NCBI GenBank assembly: GCA_030141605.1
Contig: JAQGDQ010000120.1
Span: 1-64,000 of the forward strand
Reading direction: 5' to 3'
Origin: Tubiluchus corallicola
Lineage: Eukaryota; Animalia; Priapulida
DNA length: 64,000 bases
The notes below the pieces were generated by a model. The model saw nothing but the letters and a program-made list of their open reading frames with translations, was not told the DNA's origin and ran no database searches. Positions 26,701 to 38,900 of this stretch are shown here, piece after piece. Every line of letters starts with the position of its first letter. Positions within the stretch are counted from its first letter, which is position 1. Position numbers and translations under genes: made by a program.

Positions 26701-29700
26701 AAAAGCCACCAGCGAACTGCCAATGACGAGTTGCAGATTAAATGTGACCATATGGCAAGCTCTTCCTGCAATAACTAACAAATAGTTACTTAGGGTAGAA
26801 ACTTTTCATTAATTCGGTAATAAGAGTGCAGTAGCTGTGAGGTAACAGCAGTGCTTAGCAACCAAAGTTAAGCAACACGGAACCTAATCAATAAATGGAT
26901 GACTGATCACCTGAAAAACTGTCTGGATGGCTTCATTTGTCATACTGACCATGGAGTGACAAATAAAAATCTGAAAGGAGGCAAGACATCTCTGCCAATT
27001 TTGTGCCTAACCTTAAAAGATTATCCCTGATAAGTTCCGGTCCTATACTACCATTAATAATAGAGTTCAACAACCAGACGTAATTGGTAAGCCCTGCTGC
27101 TGAATGCTGACTCTACACTTGTAAGCTTCCACAAAATATCATGTTTCATGCAGGCGTAAAACATATTCCTCAGCTTCATTGTCAAACAAAACAGCAAAAT
27201 CGCCAGGCCGGTCACTATAACCTCATTCATAAATAAGTTTGAAATTAAAAAATCAAAAAAAATCAAATAATTTCCTAAATCACGTTTGATCTGAGCTGCT
27301 AAGTGTACATCCACTGCTAACTAACAATGCTATACTTCATCTATTATCTTGAGAGCAAAAAGTCATCTCTCTCACTTTTGCCTTTACCTTTTTAGGAAGA
27401 TGCTCTTAGGGTCTTACTTCACTTGTTCCCCAACACCAACAGTTTGCTCAGGAAAATCATTCAGCTGCGATCACAAAGCTATCTAAACCTTTCAACTTCC
27501 ATTTTCAACATTTTGAAACAAGCTTTTATACGTACATTTTCTTCTGGATTTTCAATCATGGTGCTGGCAAGACTAGCAATGTGCAATTTTTTTTCCTCAA
27601 GCTTTTTATGTCGCTGTACCAGTAGATCTAACGTGTTTACAGGTGGCAATTGTTTTTCTTGCACAGCTAAACCAGCCCCATCATCTGTATATTGTTCAAC
27701 TTCATTATCTAAAAGTAGTTATTAATAAGTAGTTGAAAGGTTCCTAATTTGATTCATTTACATTTCAAAGTTTTATAAGCCTTACATAGAAACATCAAAT
27801 ATTTTCAACTAACGGACACAAAATGCTTAGGCAGTAAAAAAAGAACAGTAGTCTGTAATGGTGGCACAGTTCTCAAAAGGTATAGTTCAAAGGACTGCAA
27901 ATAGTGCAATTACAGATCATTATTGAGCCTAATTGGCTTGCTGGCCATTGAGAAATTTCACTTTTTACACAATATTCGTTAATTTTTTAAGCAAGTATTT
28001 GCAAGCAAAAACAGCTAACAGCTCTATTAAGACAGGTTCTTAAGCTCTATGATGATCAAATTTTTATGTCAATTTCTCTTTGTGCTTGTGCATTTTGAGT
28101 GTTATTATCAAGTGTTTTAAGTATTTTTCAAATTTTTAAGTATATACCAATATGGTTTCATCCAATTAATAATTACATTAAGACACAAGATAAATGAATT
28201 ACCTTCTTTGGGTATATCTATCTCAACAGACTGTGGGATTATACCATGATGCTTTGATTTAATAGGCAATAAGTGCTTGACTTCTTTCTCATCGTCCAGT
28301 TTAGCGTATTTGCGTGGCACCTGCTCAAAATTTGTTTCACGGTCTTCATTTGCTTTCCTTCTCTTTTTCTTCCTATATACGACATTATTAAATAAAATGC
28401 AATTAATTAAGATATAAACTGTCTCAAGTTGGACCATCTGGCATTAAATAACCCGTCTGCAGGTCATGCAAATCAACAAACCAAATCAACTAGGGACACT
28501 AAGACAATTAATTAACAGGATAAACACTGATTTAACACGTGATTTGAAATATGTCAGATCTGGTCAAATCTGTGCACGAAGGTTGAACACTACATGATAT
28601 CAGTAATGCAGATCAGTTTGGCTTAAATACCACAAACTGCACAAAGTACCACAAAGCCATCAATATATGTGTGACTGTCAGTTCTCACAGTCATGTTTTA
28701 AAAAAATAATTTTTTTATGAAATTAACCAATTAAAGAAGAACCATAGTATATGCTGTAACCTTTCTGACAGTGGCTCACTGACAAAACTCCAATTTGCAT
28801 CCAGTAGTGACGCATCTGCATCTTTTTCCTGCTCCAAGTAAGTGTCAGAGTCATGTTCCTCATCTTGAATATTATTGCTTATTGACTTATTAGTCTCATT
28901 CCTATATGATAAGATAATTTGTGAAAAAAATAATTACTATATTTGTTAGTGACCATGACTGTAACACACATGATGGAAACAGACCTTTTATGAAAAGTTT
29001 AAATATTATGTATTAGATTTTGTAATTGACAGCTGAACTGATTTATATGTTTTCAGTTCTACAAAGCTTAAATGATTTTCACAATTCCAGCTCTACTTAA
29101 AATGAAAAATTTTAAAAACACAAACAGCCTTTATTGAAAGCTTGTAAATTAGAAAGAATTTCAAACTTCAAGCTTAACTTGCACCTTATTAACCGGGAAC
29201 ACACATACCATAATACTGTTAGCAGAATGCGTTTTTAACTGTATTTCTTTATACTTGTGCCTAAAAGGAATTTATTGATAATAGTTGTTTAAAATATCTT
29301 CAAGCATGTGTTTCAAAAATGCACAATACAAAAGATTCAACAGTACCATTTTGACACCCATGTAGTACTGCATGAAATACCAAGTAAGTCCACTTCAACT
29401 AGTTTTAAGAAAAACAGGAAAAACTGTTTTCCTTTGCCAAAAAGTAATGGCTCCTGGCAAATCACAAAATCTGGAATGAAGACATTTCAAAAAGGTGTTT
29501 TAATATTTTGTTGGAAAAAGAAATGTCTAAAAAGCAGTTTTAAACTAATGAACATATTCGTATCTCGGTTTGCCAGACAAAAGCGAGAAGGTGTCGGTCC
29601 AAATTTGCTGATTGTCTATACTTACCGATACTAAGCTAATACAGTAGGCACTGTGTATTAGACTCACGGTAATGTAGAATCAATCGCCTAATTGTCTCAA

Positions 29701-31339
29701 AAACATCTAGTATGGAGACGCTACTGACATACAAGTGACACACGTGTCGTTACATGCTGCTTGGCTGCACTGATGTAAACAAAGTGACGGCCCGCCAACT
29801 ATAGCAGTCAGCTCGTGAAACAACGGACTGTGTCCATAGTATGCAGGACTTTTAATGGTCCAGATTTTGTACGATTTTTCCGAAATCCGTAAAAGCGATG
29901 TCCGGCAAACTGAGATATGAGTGTACTAAGTTGCACAGGATTGGAACTGAAAATGTACTGCCCATGCGTATTGCTTGTTTTTAAAAACCCTAGTTAAGTT
30001 CCTTCAATTGCCCAAGAACAGCGCAAATTGCCTTGATAACAGAGTCACATATATTCTTCCATTTTCTGTAAAGGGTTGAACAGCCTACCTAGCTGTTTTT
30101 TTTTTGTACAGCAGCTCCAGATTGATTAATTGCAACAAACTAGTGATTGGCTGAAACAGATGCTTCTGTGAACTTACTAGTTTGTCTAAAAATTTTGGCA
30201 AAAAATGGACTTACTGGGTTTTTTAACATGTCAACAACTCGCTTAATAAGATTCGCGTCATCAAATCATTTAGTAGTAACATGAAGCATAGTACTAGGAA
30301 TACTCTGACATCTCTAACTCAATTTTGTCCAAAAATTTATTTGCTAGGTTTTTCAGTGAAAACAGGAGAGTAGTGTTAGTCTAGGTAGCCTTCTGCAGTC
30401 ACTAAGTAATTTAAACTGAACATGTGTGCTCAGCAGCTAGCATAACCATAATCCAAAATAACTATAACTTGGCTGGTAGCTACAAACGAAATGTAGAAAC
30501 TAACCTTGTGATAGACTCGTGCCGGAATTTTTTATGTGGTAAGTTTGGTTGTCCATTCCTTATTTTTTTCTTCAACTTTCCTTGCTTTTGCAACTTCGTT
30601 AGATGTTTGTTAATGTGTTTTACAGCACTAACTTTCGATGACTTTGAATGCAAAGTGCTCTTATTTCGACGTTTCTGAAAACAGAAACCAATCAATAATA
30701 GGTATCTTCTATGTTGACTGCGGCAAGCAAGGTTTAAAAAACCATAAGGTTGCGATACTCCACATTGACAAGTCTTGTTTTTTGCGACACACTGCAAAGA
30801 CAAGTTTAATTTTGGAATTCCTCTGCCGTATGGTGTTAACGCTTTTGTAAAAATTAGTCATCAGATCAATTAACAACACGTTTAAAGTGCTTACATAACT
30901 TTAATTCACACGATCACGCATCAAAATCGTAAGTACTATACATTATACAATTACACTTATTTACAGATAAGCATGGGGCATGAGGTGATAGGCCTAATCA
31001 CGTGGCCAAACTGAATTGAAAGATCAAAGAACTACGAGTTATTTTTTTGAGAATGCAGCTACCACTAGAGCCTAGAGGTCATCCTTGTAAATTCTATAAA
31101 CCCAGAGCCAGACGCTTTCAACAGTTAGCGTGGATCACGGATCTACCTCTAACCTTAAACTTTGGATATTGTTATGGAAATCAGTCATCCTTAACGGTTG
31201 CGTCGAGTACCTATTAGTTATAAAGCTAAAAAAATCTGTAACTCTTTGCACATTACGAGCGTGACTACATAAAGCTAGCAGAACAAACAAAATTCAAGTA
31301 AAACCAGAAAAAATAAGCATGCACCGTGCGTACCGCCAT
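14435..31339 (-). CDS. NOC3L: Nucleolar complex protein 3 homolog, 20 coding exons, 2379 nt, ~792 aa
   Basis: Exons: 31334-31339, 30505-30674, 28761-28901, 28203-28372, 27536-27708, 26378-26551, 25934-26027, 25358-25536, 24004-24132, 22650-22781, 22330-22410, 21879-21979, 21491-21563, 20775-20910, 18147-18217, 17318-17428, 16908-17036, 16650-16747, 15648-15744, 14435-14548. All phases join into one ORF. Motifs [48 protein letters not shown] and [19 protein letters not shown] match NOC3L. Confidence 0.96.
14590..15075. mobile_element. Old hAT-like MITE in last NOC3L intron
   Basis: Imperfect TIRs TAGGGGGTACAACGATGAGT / ACTCATTGTTTCTGTACCCCTA. No recognisable TSD. Confidence 0.4.
19447..20426 (-). 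mobile_element. pogo/Tigger-type internally deleted DNA transposon
   Basis: TA|CAGTCAACCTTGG … CCGAGGTTGACTG|CA termini, subterminal CCTTATA(T/A)CG-like repeats, and a minus-strand transposase-tail-like peptide ending [11 protein letters not shown] (19753-19776). Confidence 0.7.
23059..23258. repeat. 52-bp minisatellite, ~3.8 copies
   Basis: Unit CATATCCATCTAAAAATTTACGGAAATACATGTTTTTRCAGGTCCCCTTATC starts at 23059, 23111, 23163 and 23215. Confidence 0.95.
23500..23824. repeat. (CT)n/(AG)n microsatellite, ~320 bp, imperfect
   Basis: Directly visible. It generates the spurious RE- and SL-repeat ORFs in the track. Confidence 0.98.
24570..25152 (+). mobile_element. 5'-truncated non-LTR retrotransposon (RTE-X-like RT C-terminus plus 3' UTR), antisense in NOC3L intron
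   Basis: ORF 24595-25035 (DILRQ…YSRANKL…[12 protein letters not shown]…YCTTFY…W) has the post-RT LINE pattern. It ends in AATAAA plus an (AAATCT)n tail. A second copy lies at ~63152-63368. Clade assignment is from memory. Confidence 0.75.
26825..26920 (+). mobile_element. Degenerate SINE head with a 5S rRNA-like segment
   Basis: AAGTTAAGCAACACGGAACCTAATCAATAAATGGATGACTGATCACCTG resembles the 5S internal control region (AAGYTAAGCA…GCCTGGTTAGTACTTGGATGGGWGACCGCCTG). Confidence 0.4.
29555..29923. mobile_element. Tc1/pogo-like MITE, ~370 bp
   Basis: ~25-bp TIRs TATTCGTATCTCGGTTTGCCAGACA / TGTCCGGCAAACTGAGATATGAGTG, differing only by transitions. Flanks are CA and TA. Confidence 0.65.
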
Positions 31340-32962
31340 GACTGTTTGCTGACGTCATTAGTATACTATAAACTAATTTGTTGATTAGCATTAAGGGTTC
31401 TTAGCTAAAGAATTGCTAAAAACATACTTATTAATTAAAAGCTATTACAGGAAAGTAGTGCAATGTTTTCGTTTAACAGAACTATTATTGTAGTTGTAAA
31501 TGTTGTTGTTTCTCCTTTTAATGCTTTCTTAGTTAGAAATCAGCGGATGATATTTTGTATTTCTAGTCACTGCCTATGTTTCGAAGGGAAAATTTCAATG
31601 TTTTGATGTGGAAGCATGCAGTTTGTAAATTGAAATTATAAGTGAAATTGTAAGTGTCATTTGCACTGTATTATAGTTCTGAATAAATTTCTTTTATGTC
31701 TGTTTAAACTCTGTATGTGTTTTTTGCTTAAAGCAGTAACTCTGATTACGGTTTCGTACTCGTTTTCTCAGAATTATACAGGTACCGTATCATAGTTTTA
31801 TTTCCATCTAAATGCCTAGGTGAACTTGCACTTACTGTACGCTGGGCTGGTATGGGGAGGGCTTTTCTTGGCATGCTAAGGTAAAGTTTGCTTGGCAGGG
31901 CTAACTCTACGTAGTTTGAACCCTAGGTAAAAGTATTTTTAGCACCGCCTCCTCGATTCCTTTCCCTAAGGTCCAGCCCTGCTGGAGGCATATGCTGAAA
32001 TTGTGAACATTATACAGTAAAATAGTACACGTACGCGTGTAAGGCTTATATATGTATTATAATTACTAATTAAGTGTCAATTACCTATTTGCAATTTGTG
32101 TTGATTAAATTTAAAATGAATATATGACCCTATTGACCATGGGCTTCAGGAACATTCAAAATTTCTTTATGTAAGAAAATCAAAAGTACTTTATGTACGT
32201 ACTCTTGATGGTGAAAAACGGGGAACATTCATGCATTATTGATTGTAAATCCATTTAATGAACAAATACTTTGTGATTCTTCTGCTAGTCTATGTAATAC
32301 CAATACATGTACATTTTTGTGTGTTTGCTTTTTTGTCTTCGTGTTAAATGTTTTGAATCAAAAGAATGAGATGAATAAGATTAGGATTGATTGGTTATGG
32401 CAGAAGTCTGCTTCCTACTCACCGCATTCTAGTTTTATTATAGAAATCAATTGCATTAAAATAACATGTGCCATTTTTTCCTGTGCCATTTTTACCGTAC
32501 CATTTTTTCCTGTGCCATTTTTACTGTGCACTGTTTCACTACGTCGTTGTCAAACAATATGTATGTACTGCAGCTGGCATGAGTTGTCAAGCAAGTTTTC
32601 ATGACGCCATACTGGCAACTCAGCCAACAAGCACAGTTTCCAACAATGAGTGGTACTCTAAGCAGTTGCCTAGTTTGCTTAGTGGTAGAGCCAGCCCTGT
32701 TGCCAAGCAAGTCCTACATCAGAATTCAGGAAGACAGTTGTGTACGTTTAATTGTTATTGTAAAAGGAAGTTTTCTCATTCTACCAGCACCCAGCACACT
32801 ATCAACATTGAACCGCCTCCAACTTTACTGTGGTATGTCCTGATTTTTCGTCATCACCATCGATTTGCACACCCATTTTATGTAATTTTGTAGTTTAAAT
32901 TTTGTTACTGAATTTAAGATGGCAGCCATTTCAGGTGAGACAGTTTCTGCACACACCGACGA
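31340..32962. promoter_or_regulatory. Divergent NOC3L/HTT intergenic region; CRE palindrome TGACGTCA at 31350-31357; YY1-like AAGATGGC at 32916-32923
   Basis: Start codons are 1.6 kb apart, head-to-head. The motifs are read directly; their function is inferred. Confidence 0.5.
32467..32530. repeat. ~15-bp tandem repeat x4 (GTGCCATTTTTWCC-like)
   Basis: tgtgccattttttcc tgtgccatttttacc gtaccattttttcc tgtgccatttttactgtgc. Confidence 0.85.
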
Positions 32963-35900
32963 ATGGCCAGCATAGAAAAATTAGTTAAAGCATTTGAAGC
33001 ACTAAAAATACCGCATCTACCTCAAATTGTGATTCCTGATGTTGCCACAGGTGACGATAAGAGCGAGAAACAAAAGTAAGATGGCAGTTGTTTCATTAAA
33101 ATAGTCATTAGTAATAACTGGGCATTGATTATCAGAACAAGAATTAATTATCCAGACCTCTACCTGTTACAGATACATTATAATTGTTACATATCGGTGT
33201 AGTCTAAGTTATACAAGATGATACATAATATTTTGCTTCGGAATAATACAAGAGCTACAAATAATAGAGCAGAGCAATTTATTTCATCAAAGAACTGCTG
33301 AAACAATTGCTAGTCCATGTCTTTAGTGTAGGTATGATAGCCTCAGGTGTCTCTCACAGCTTGCAATCTTGAAGGGTATAATCGGAGCCACAATTCCGAA
33401 AAGTCGAATATTATTTTTTTAACTGAATGGCATGGAAAATCACTGGCCCTGAACCCACCAAACGTACTGGCACTGTCCTAAACGGTGCAGTTGTCACTTA
33501 GATGATGCAAGAACATGCTGTTGATCAGTATTTGAGAGACAAGCTTGTAAGACATCAACACAATTTGTTGGTGGAACTTGAGTTCTACAAGTTGCTGCTT
33601 CGATCACATCCCTCAAGACTGCGGGCTGTACAAGACACCTGAGGCTGCTACATTCAAAATTCAGAGTGTATGATGAGCTTGCAATTGTTTCAGCAATACT
33701 CTGAAGTAACAAAATTGTTCTCTAACTTTACTTGTTGCTTCTGTGCTCCCCTAGCAAAAAGTTATGAACTACCCTGTGTCAGTTTTCATGTAAGATAGTC
33801 ATGTTATTTTATTGTACTTGGTTATCAGTACTTCTTACATTTAGTTCTTGCTTACTTTTGAAATGAGATCGAAAGCATTACCGCAAATAATGTATATTAT
33901 CTTGAAACTTGTTTGCGGCAAAACTCGTTCCAGCATTCAAACATACGTAAATAAATCTCTAATAACTAAAGTGTAAATCTTTTTCACTTGTACAGGAAAA
34001 AAGATCCATTGAGCAAGAAAGACCAGATTGCACATTGCAATATTATTGCAGATGGAATCTGCACCCATTCACTCAGGTAATTTTTGCAGCATGAGATGTT
34101 ACTTTACAGGTAACCTTGTGTGGGTTTCATACATACTCAATGTGGTGGTGCTATGCAGTCACTTAAATTTACTTGTTATAATGCTAGTATGCTTGAAAAT
34201 CTTCTTTTTCATGCACTATTTTGCTTCATTTGTTCTTTCTTGAATGATTACTGTAGTTTGTTAAAAAGCCTGCAGGTGAAATAATTAAAATAATTTGTAG
34301 TGTTATCATTCCTTTATTTATTTTTTACAAATGATTAGCATCGAATGCCAGTTACTTGAACAACTGATTGACAGAAACTGAGCCTCTGATATAATAGTCT
34401 CTAGATATAGCTTGAGTTATTTTGCAAATTAATAATTTATTGTAGATTCACACAGCTCCAAACTTTGTGATCTTTGAGACTATAATGGCTAGTTACTGTA
34501 AATATTGTGCATACCCAAGAGCTGTCAGGAAAACTTTAGCATTATCATTGTAGTTATTTTTGCATTAATTATAGGTCAAATCCAGATTTTCCCAAATTTC
34601 TGGGTATTGCTTTGGAAACATTCCTGGCATGCTGTGATTCACCGGATGCAGACGTACGGATGGTTGCTGACGAATGTCTCAACAGAACAATCAAGGTTTC
34701 CTTTTGGTTATTTGCTTGAACGCTTTTGATGTAAATTGGTAAACTTTGTGGTTTATTTGATGAAACGCAAAAATACCTTACAAAGGTTTTGATTATTATT
34801 TAAGTAAAACCAATTGATTTCAGTGATTTGTGGTTTTGTATGATGTTATGTTTCATAGAACGTTGATGTGCGCGAAACAAATAAAAAAATTAAAGTTACT
34901 ATCAGGTATTAAACTGTGGGTTTCCAGTATAAGTATTGGTATAAGTATAAGTATAAGTATTCCTTAATAAGTATTGGAGTTTTTCAAAATTTTGAAGCAA
35001 ATATGTAGATACAAATCTGTATACATAATTTTTTTCTAGTTAGCGTAATATCATTAGCCATTATTTTTGAGTCATGTCATTAGTCATGTCGTAATGTTAT
35101 GGCATAATGTCATTAGTTTTGAGACCGTTTATGTAAAGTAAGTTGTTGGAATACTATTTATTTTGTAAATTACTATTGCACTTTACTATGATTTATTCCT
35201 TTCTGACTTACTGTTATTATTTACAGACACATTTAGAGACTAACCTTGGAAGGCTGCAAGTGGAGTTGTACAAAGAAATAAAAAAGAATGGTTCCTCACG
35301 GTGTCTTAGAGCTGCATTATGGAGATTTGCTGATTTGATTCATTTAATTCGACCACAGAAGTGCAGGTACTAGGAACAGACATTCAGAATTTATTATAAA
35401 GGAGTTTGGAAAAGCACTTAATGCAGGGCTGAGAATTTTCCGCGGATACACGGAATTCCGAGTTTTTGGAAGATCAGTAGTGCCATTTTTGTGAATCGCG
35501 TAAATTCGTCGAGAAAATTTTTACGGACTCTGTATATTATCTCACAAGTTGACCGCTAGTTGGCAGGCGGTCATTTTGTTTACATCACGTACATCAGTGT
35601 AACCACGTGTATATCTCTATGTATAAAAATATAGAATCAATTGTGCAGAGTTATTTGAGTCAGTTGCAGACAGTTTTTATATACTTTTGCATAGGAGCGG
35701 CCAGTACTTAGACATTTTTGAGACAATTAGTTATCATGTATCCTTGATAGTTGGGTATTTTAAATTGTGCATGAAACAAGGTAATTGATATTTTAAGTCC
35801 ACTTAGAATGGTCTATGGTCACAAAATTGCAATTTGTTGCTCGCTCCCAGGGGGCTTTGTCCCTCAACCCCATTGGGGGGCCTAGGTGGCCCCAAAACCC

Positions 35901-38900
35901 CCGGCCTGTTTCAGAGTTTTTTGCAATTTGTCATTCTCATCCCTGACTTAATGCGAACTTGAATCCAATATTGTTTTAGAAAGTTTTGGCCTGTCTGAGC
36001 TAATAAATGCTGGAAGTCGGAATCCACATTTGTACTGTTTTCAAAACAAGAAATGTTCTCATGAAAATTTTGCCTAGGCATAGAAAATTTTATTAAACAT
36101 TTGTTAAATATTAAACAGCCAATCAATTGTTGTACCATTATTTTATTTATTATGTGAAATAGTTTGTTTTTGCTGTATTGAATTTTTTTCACCTTTGCAT
36201 TTGGCCGCTTTGCGTGCCCTTTTTTGTGCTACTTGTTACATCATACTGGGTAGGGGTGTCACGAATCTGAAACTACCAAACCCAAATCTACAGCGAATTT
36301 TATTTTATAATAATTTTCGAATGCGCATCAAATCCGAATCTCAATTTAATATAATCTACCAGACTGATTCTAATTCAAATCTTGATTCTTTAGTTATTTC
36401 CTTAATCCAAATCTTATTCAAACCTATTCAGTTTTCAATCAAATTATGGCAGATTAATAATACACCAGTGATTTTCACGAAGAAAGATTACAGTTGACCT
36501 ATCTGACAGTGCTATTGTACAATAATAAAGACCTGTTGTGATCTTGTTATTTTGTAACAGATTTTTCTGCCAGAGACTAACAAAACATTTGATATAAAAT
36601 GATCTGTTAGTCAAAAAACTCCTTGGTGGTACCATTACCTACACTAGGTTTAGAAAAAATCTGTGTAACAAAAAACCGTATTCGCTTAAGCTTTGTTGTG
36701 TGCAGCGTTTTGCTAAAGTAACACAAGGAATCTTAGTATTTTTGTTTAAACTAGTAGGTAAAATCGTAATGCAGTGCATGTTTTCACATAGGTTTTTATA
36801 AGCTGGACACATGCTGAAACTAAATGTGGCTACATTTGCATATTTGAAGTAGAACAAAATTGTCAAAAAAGGCAGCGATTTAAGTCAAGTTTATAGGTAG
36901 AAGATTGTATAATTGCTTTTGAAATAAACCATTACCAAATTGCTTCTGCAGCTGAAGGTAAACTGATTTTTTTTTTAAAACCTGCAGAATCAAGGCTCTG
37001 ATTCAGATTCGGTTTCGAAGCTCTGGTTCTGATGGAGCTCCGGACACCCCTAAAACTGCCTGCACTAGTTTACTGAGTAAACAAAGTTGGCCAGCACTTG
37101 TTTAGCAGGTCTTAGAAATAGCCTCTCTTGAGCAATCATTGTATAAAGTATAAAATGTGCAACAAGCTTTTTTTCATCTGCAAGCAGTTAGCCTTTACCG
37201 CTGTAATGTTTTGATTGTTGGTTTATTTTTGTAGACCATACATGGTTAATCTGCTACCTTGCATAGCAAGAATAAGCAAACGAACTGAAGATTCTGTTCA
37301 GGAGACGCTAGCAGCATCCATGGCAAAAATATTTCCTGTTTTAGGAAAGTTTTCAAATGACAGTGAAGTTAAGGTAATTTATTCACAATTGCTGTAACAC
37401 TGTGAGCAATATACTTGCAATATAAATTATTTAACCACCTAACTTTTTCAAAATTACTTTACTAATAATACAGTAATAATGAAATGAAAATTGTCATGGT
37501 TTACTAACAAAAACAAAAAATATGTTTTTAAACTTTGTATTGAATAACATTTTTTGATTTGCAACTTAAAGGGAATTTCTGCATAACTAGTACATTTGTT
37601 TAGTAATTGAATCTAGTTACCTAAAAACATCTAAGTCAATTAATGCTGCAATCACTTAGTTAAGTTTATAGTTAATGACTCCATTATTTTGATATCGTTT
37701 TTTTTTCTTAATGACAATTGTTAAAATTTTGAGATCCGTTGTTTTATCATACTTGAAACATTACTCTCTGCCATTGAGAACTGAATTCTGATATGCAGAT
37801 AACCAAATTTTGTACGAAAAACTAAAACTGTTTCTGTAGTGCTGACATCCATGGCTATCTGTGTATTGTGATGCCCATTACACTTTTGATGTTGGTGTAG
37901 CTGTTACAAAATTGTGTTTCCTTTTTTAAATTATATTTTAAATTTTATACTTTGCTTCTATTATACTGTCAGTTTTTCACTGCAGGTTTTGTTGAAGTCT
38001 TTTTTGCCAAACTTGAAGTCAAATTCCGCAGTTTGCAGACGGACTGCAGCAAGCTGTTTAACTACAATATGTGTACATTCACGGAAGCCAACAACGTTTT
38101 TCTCGTGGCTGTTAACCATGTTGTTGGGTGAGGTTTTTTGTCTTACTATTGATAGACGATTATTTCTTTGTGTTTTTATCTCAAGAATTATAACGTAGCA
38201 AGAAAGTAACTTTTGAATTGTGATTGAATGAACAAAAACTCGTTTTATTGAATTACTTAAGACAAGTTTTATCCTGTTTTTATGCTACAAATCAATTTTA
38301 AACAAAAATATATAGTGACAGCGTATGTTCAGCCAAAGTTTAATTAAACAAAAAATAAATGCCCAAATGTTTTTTAAAATTCAGTGTGCGTTGAAATTAT
38401 GGTCTTGCAGCAAAATCTTACCTTTAAAATTTTTGGTCACTTTTAAAAAAATGTGTTTCTGAAGGCAATTTGAAAATATAGATGTTATAATCCAAGTTTA
38501 CCAACTGACAATTTTAAAATACTATTGCACATAATCATCGTAGACGAGCAATATTTCAAATTATAGGCCTGTATATTTTCTTGACAATATTGTCAATAAC
38601 TGCACTTCCCCATGTAGGAATACGAAATTTATAATTTGAAAATGCAAAACAAGTTTTTAAACTTTGGTATACCAATTTGTTCTTGCACTATGTTCAAGCA
38701 ATTCAAGCACTAATAGTTTAAACTAAGACTAAGTTGTTACTTACAGACATGGTTATTCCTGTACGGGATGAATCTACACTTCACCCAATCTTAGGGGTGC
38801 TGCTTTGCATGCGCCATATTATCTCACATCTTGCTCAAAGTGAAACTCCGGAAGAGAAGCAGAATTTGTTTCAGGGAAACGTGGGAAAATTGCCCAAAGA

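Noticed and set aside
31896-31981. Mini hAT-like element CAGGGCT…AGCCCTG
   Set aside because: Only a 7-bp inverted match and no target-site duplication.
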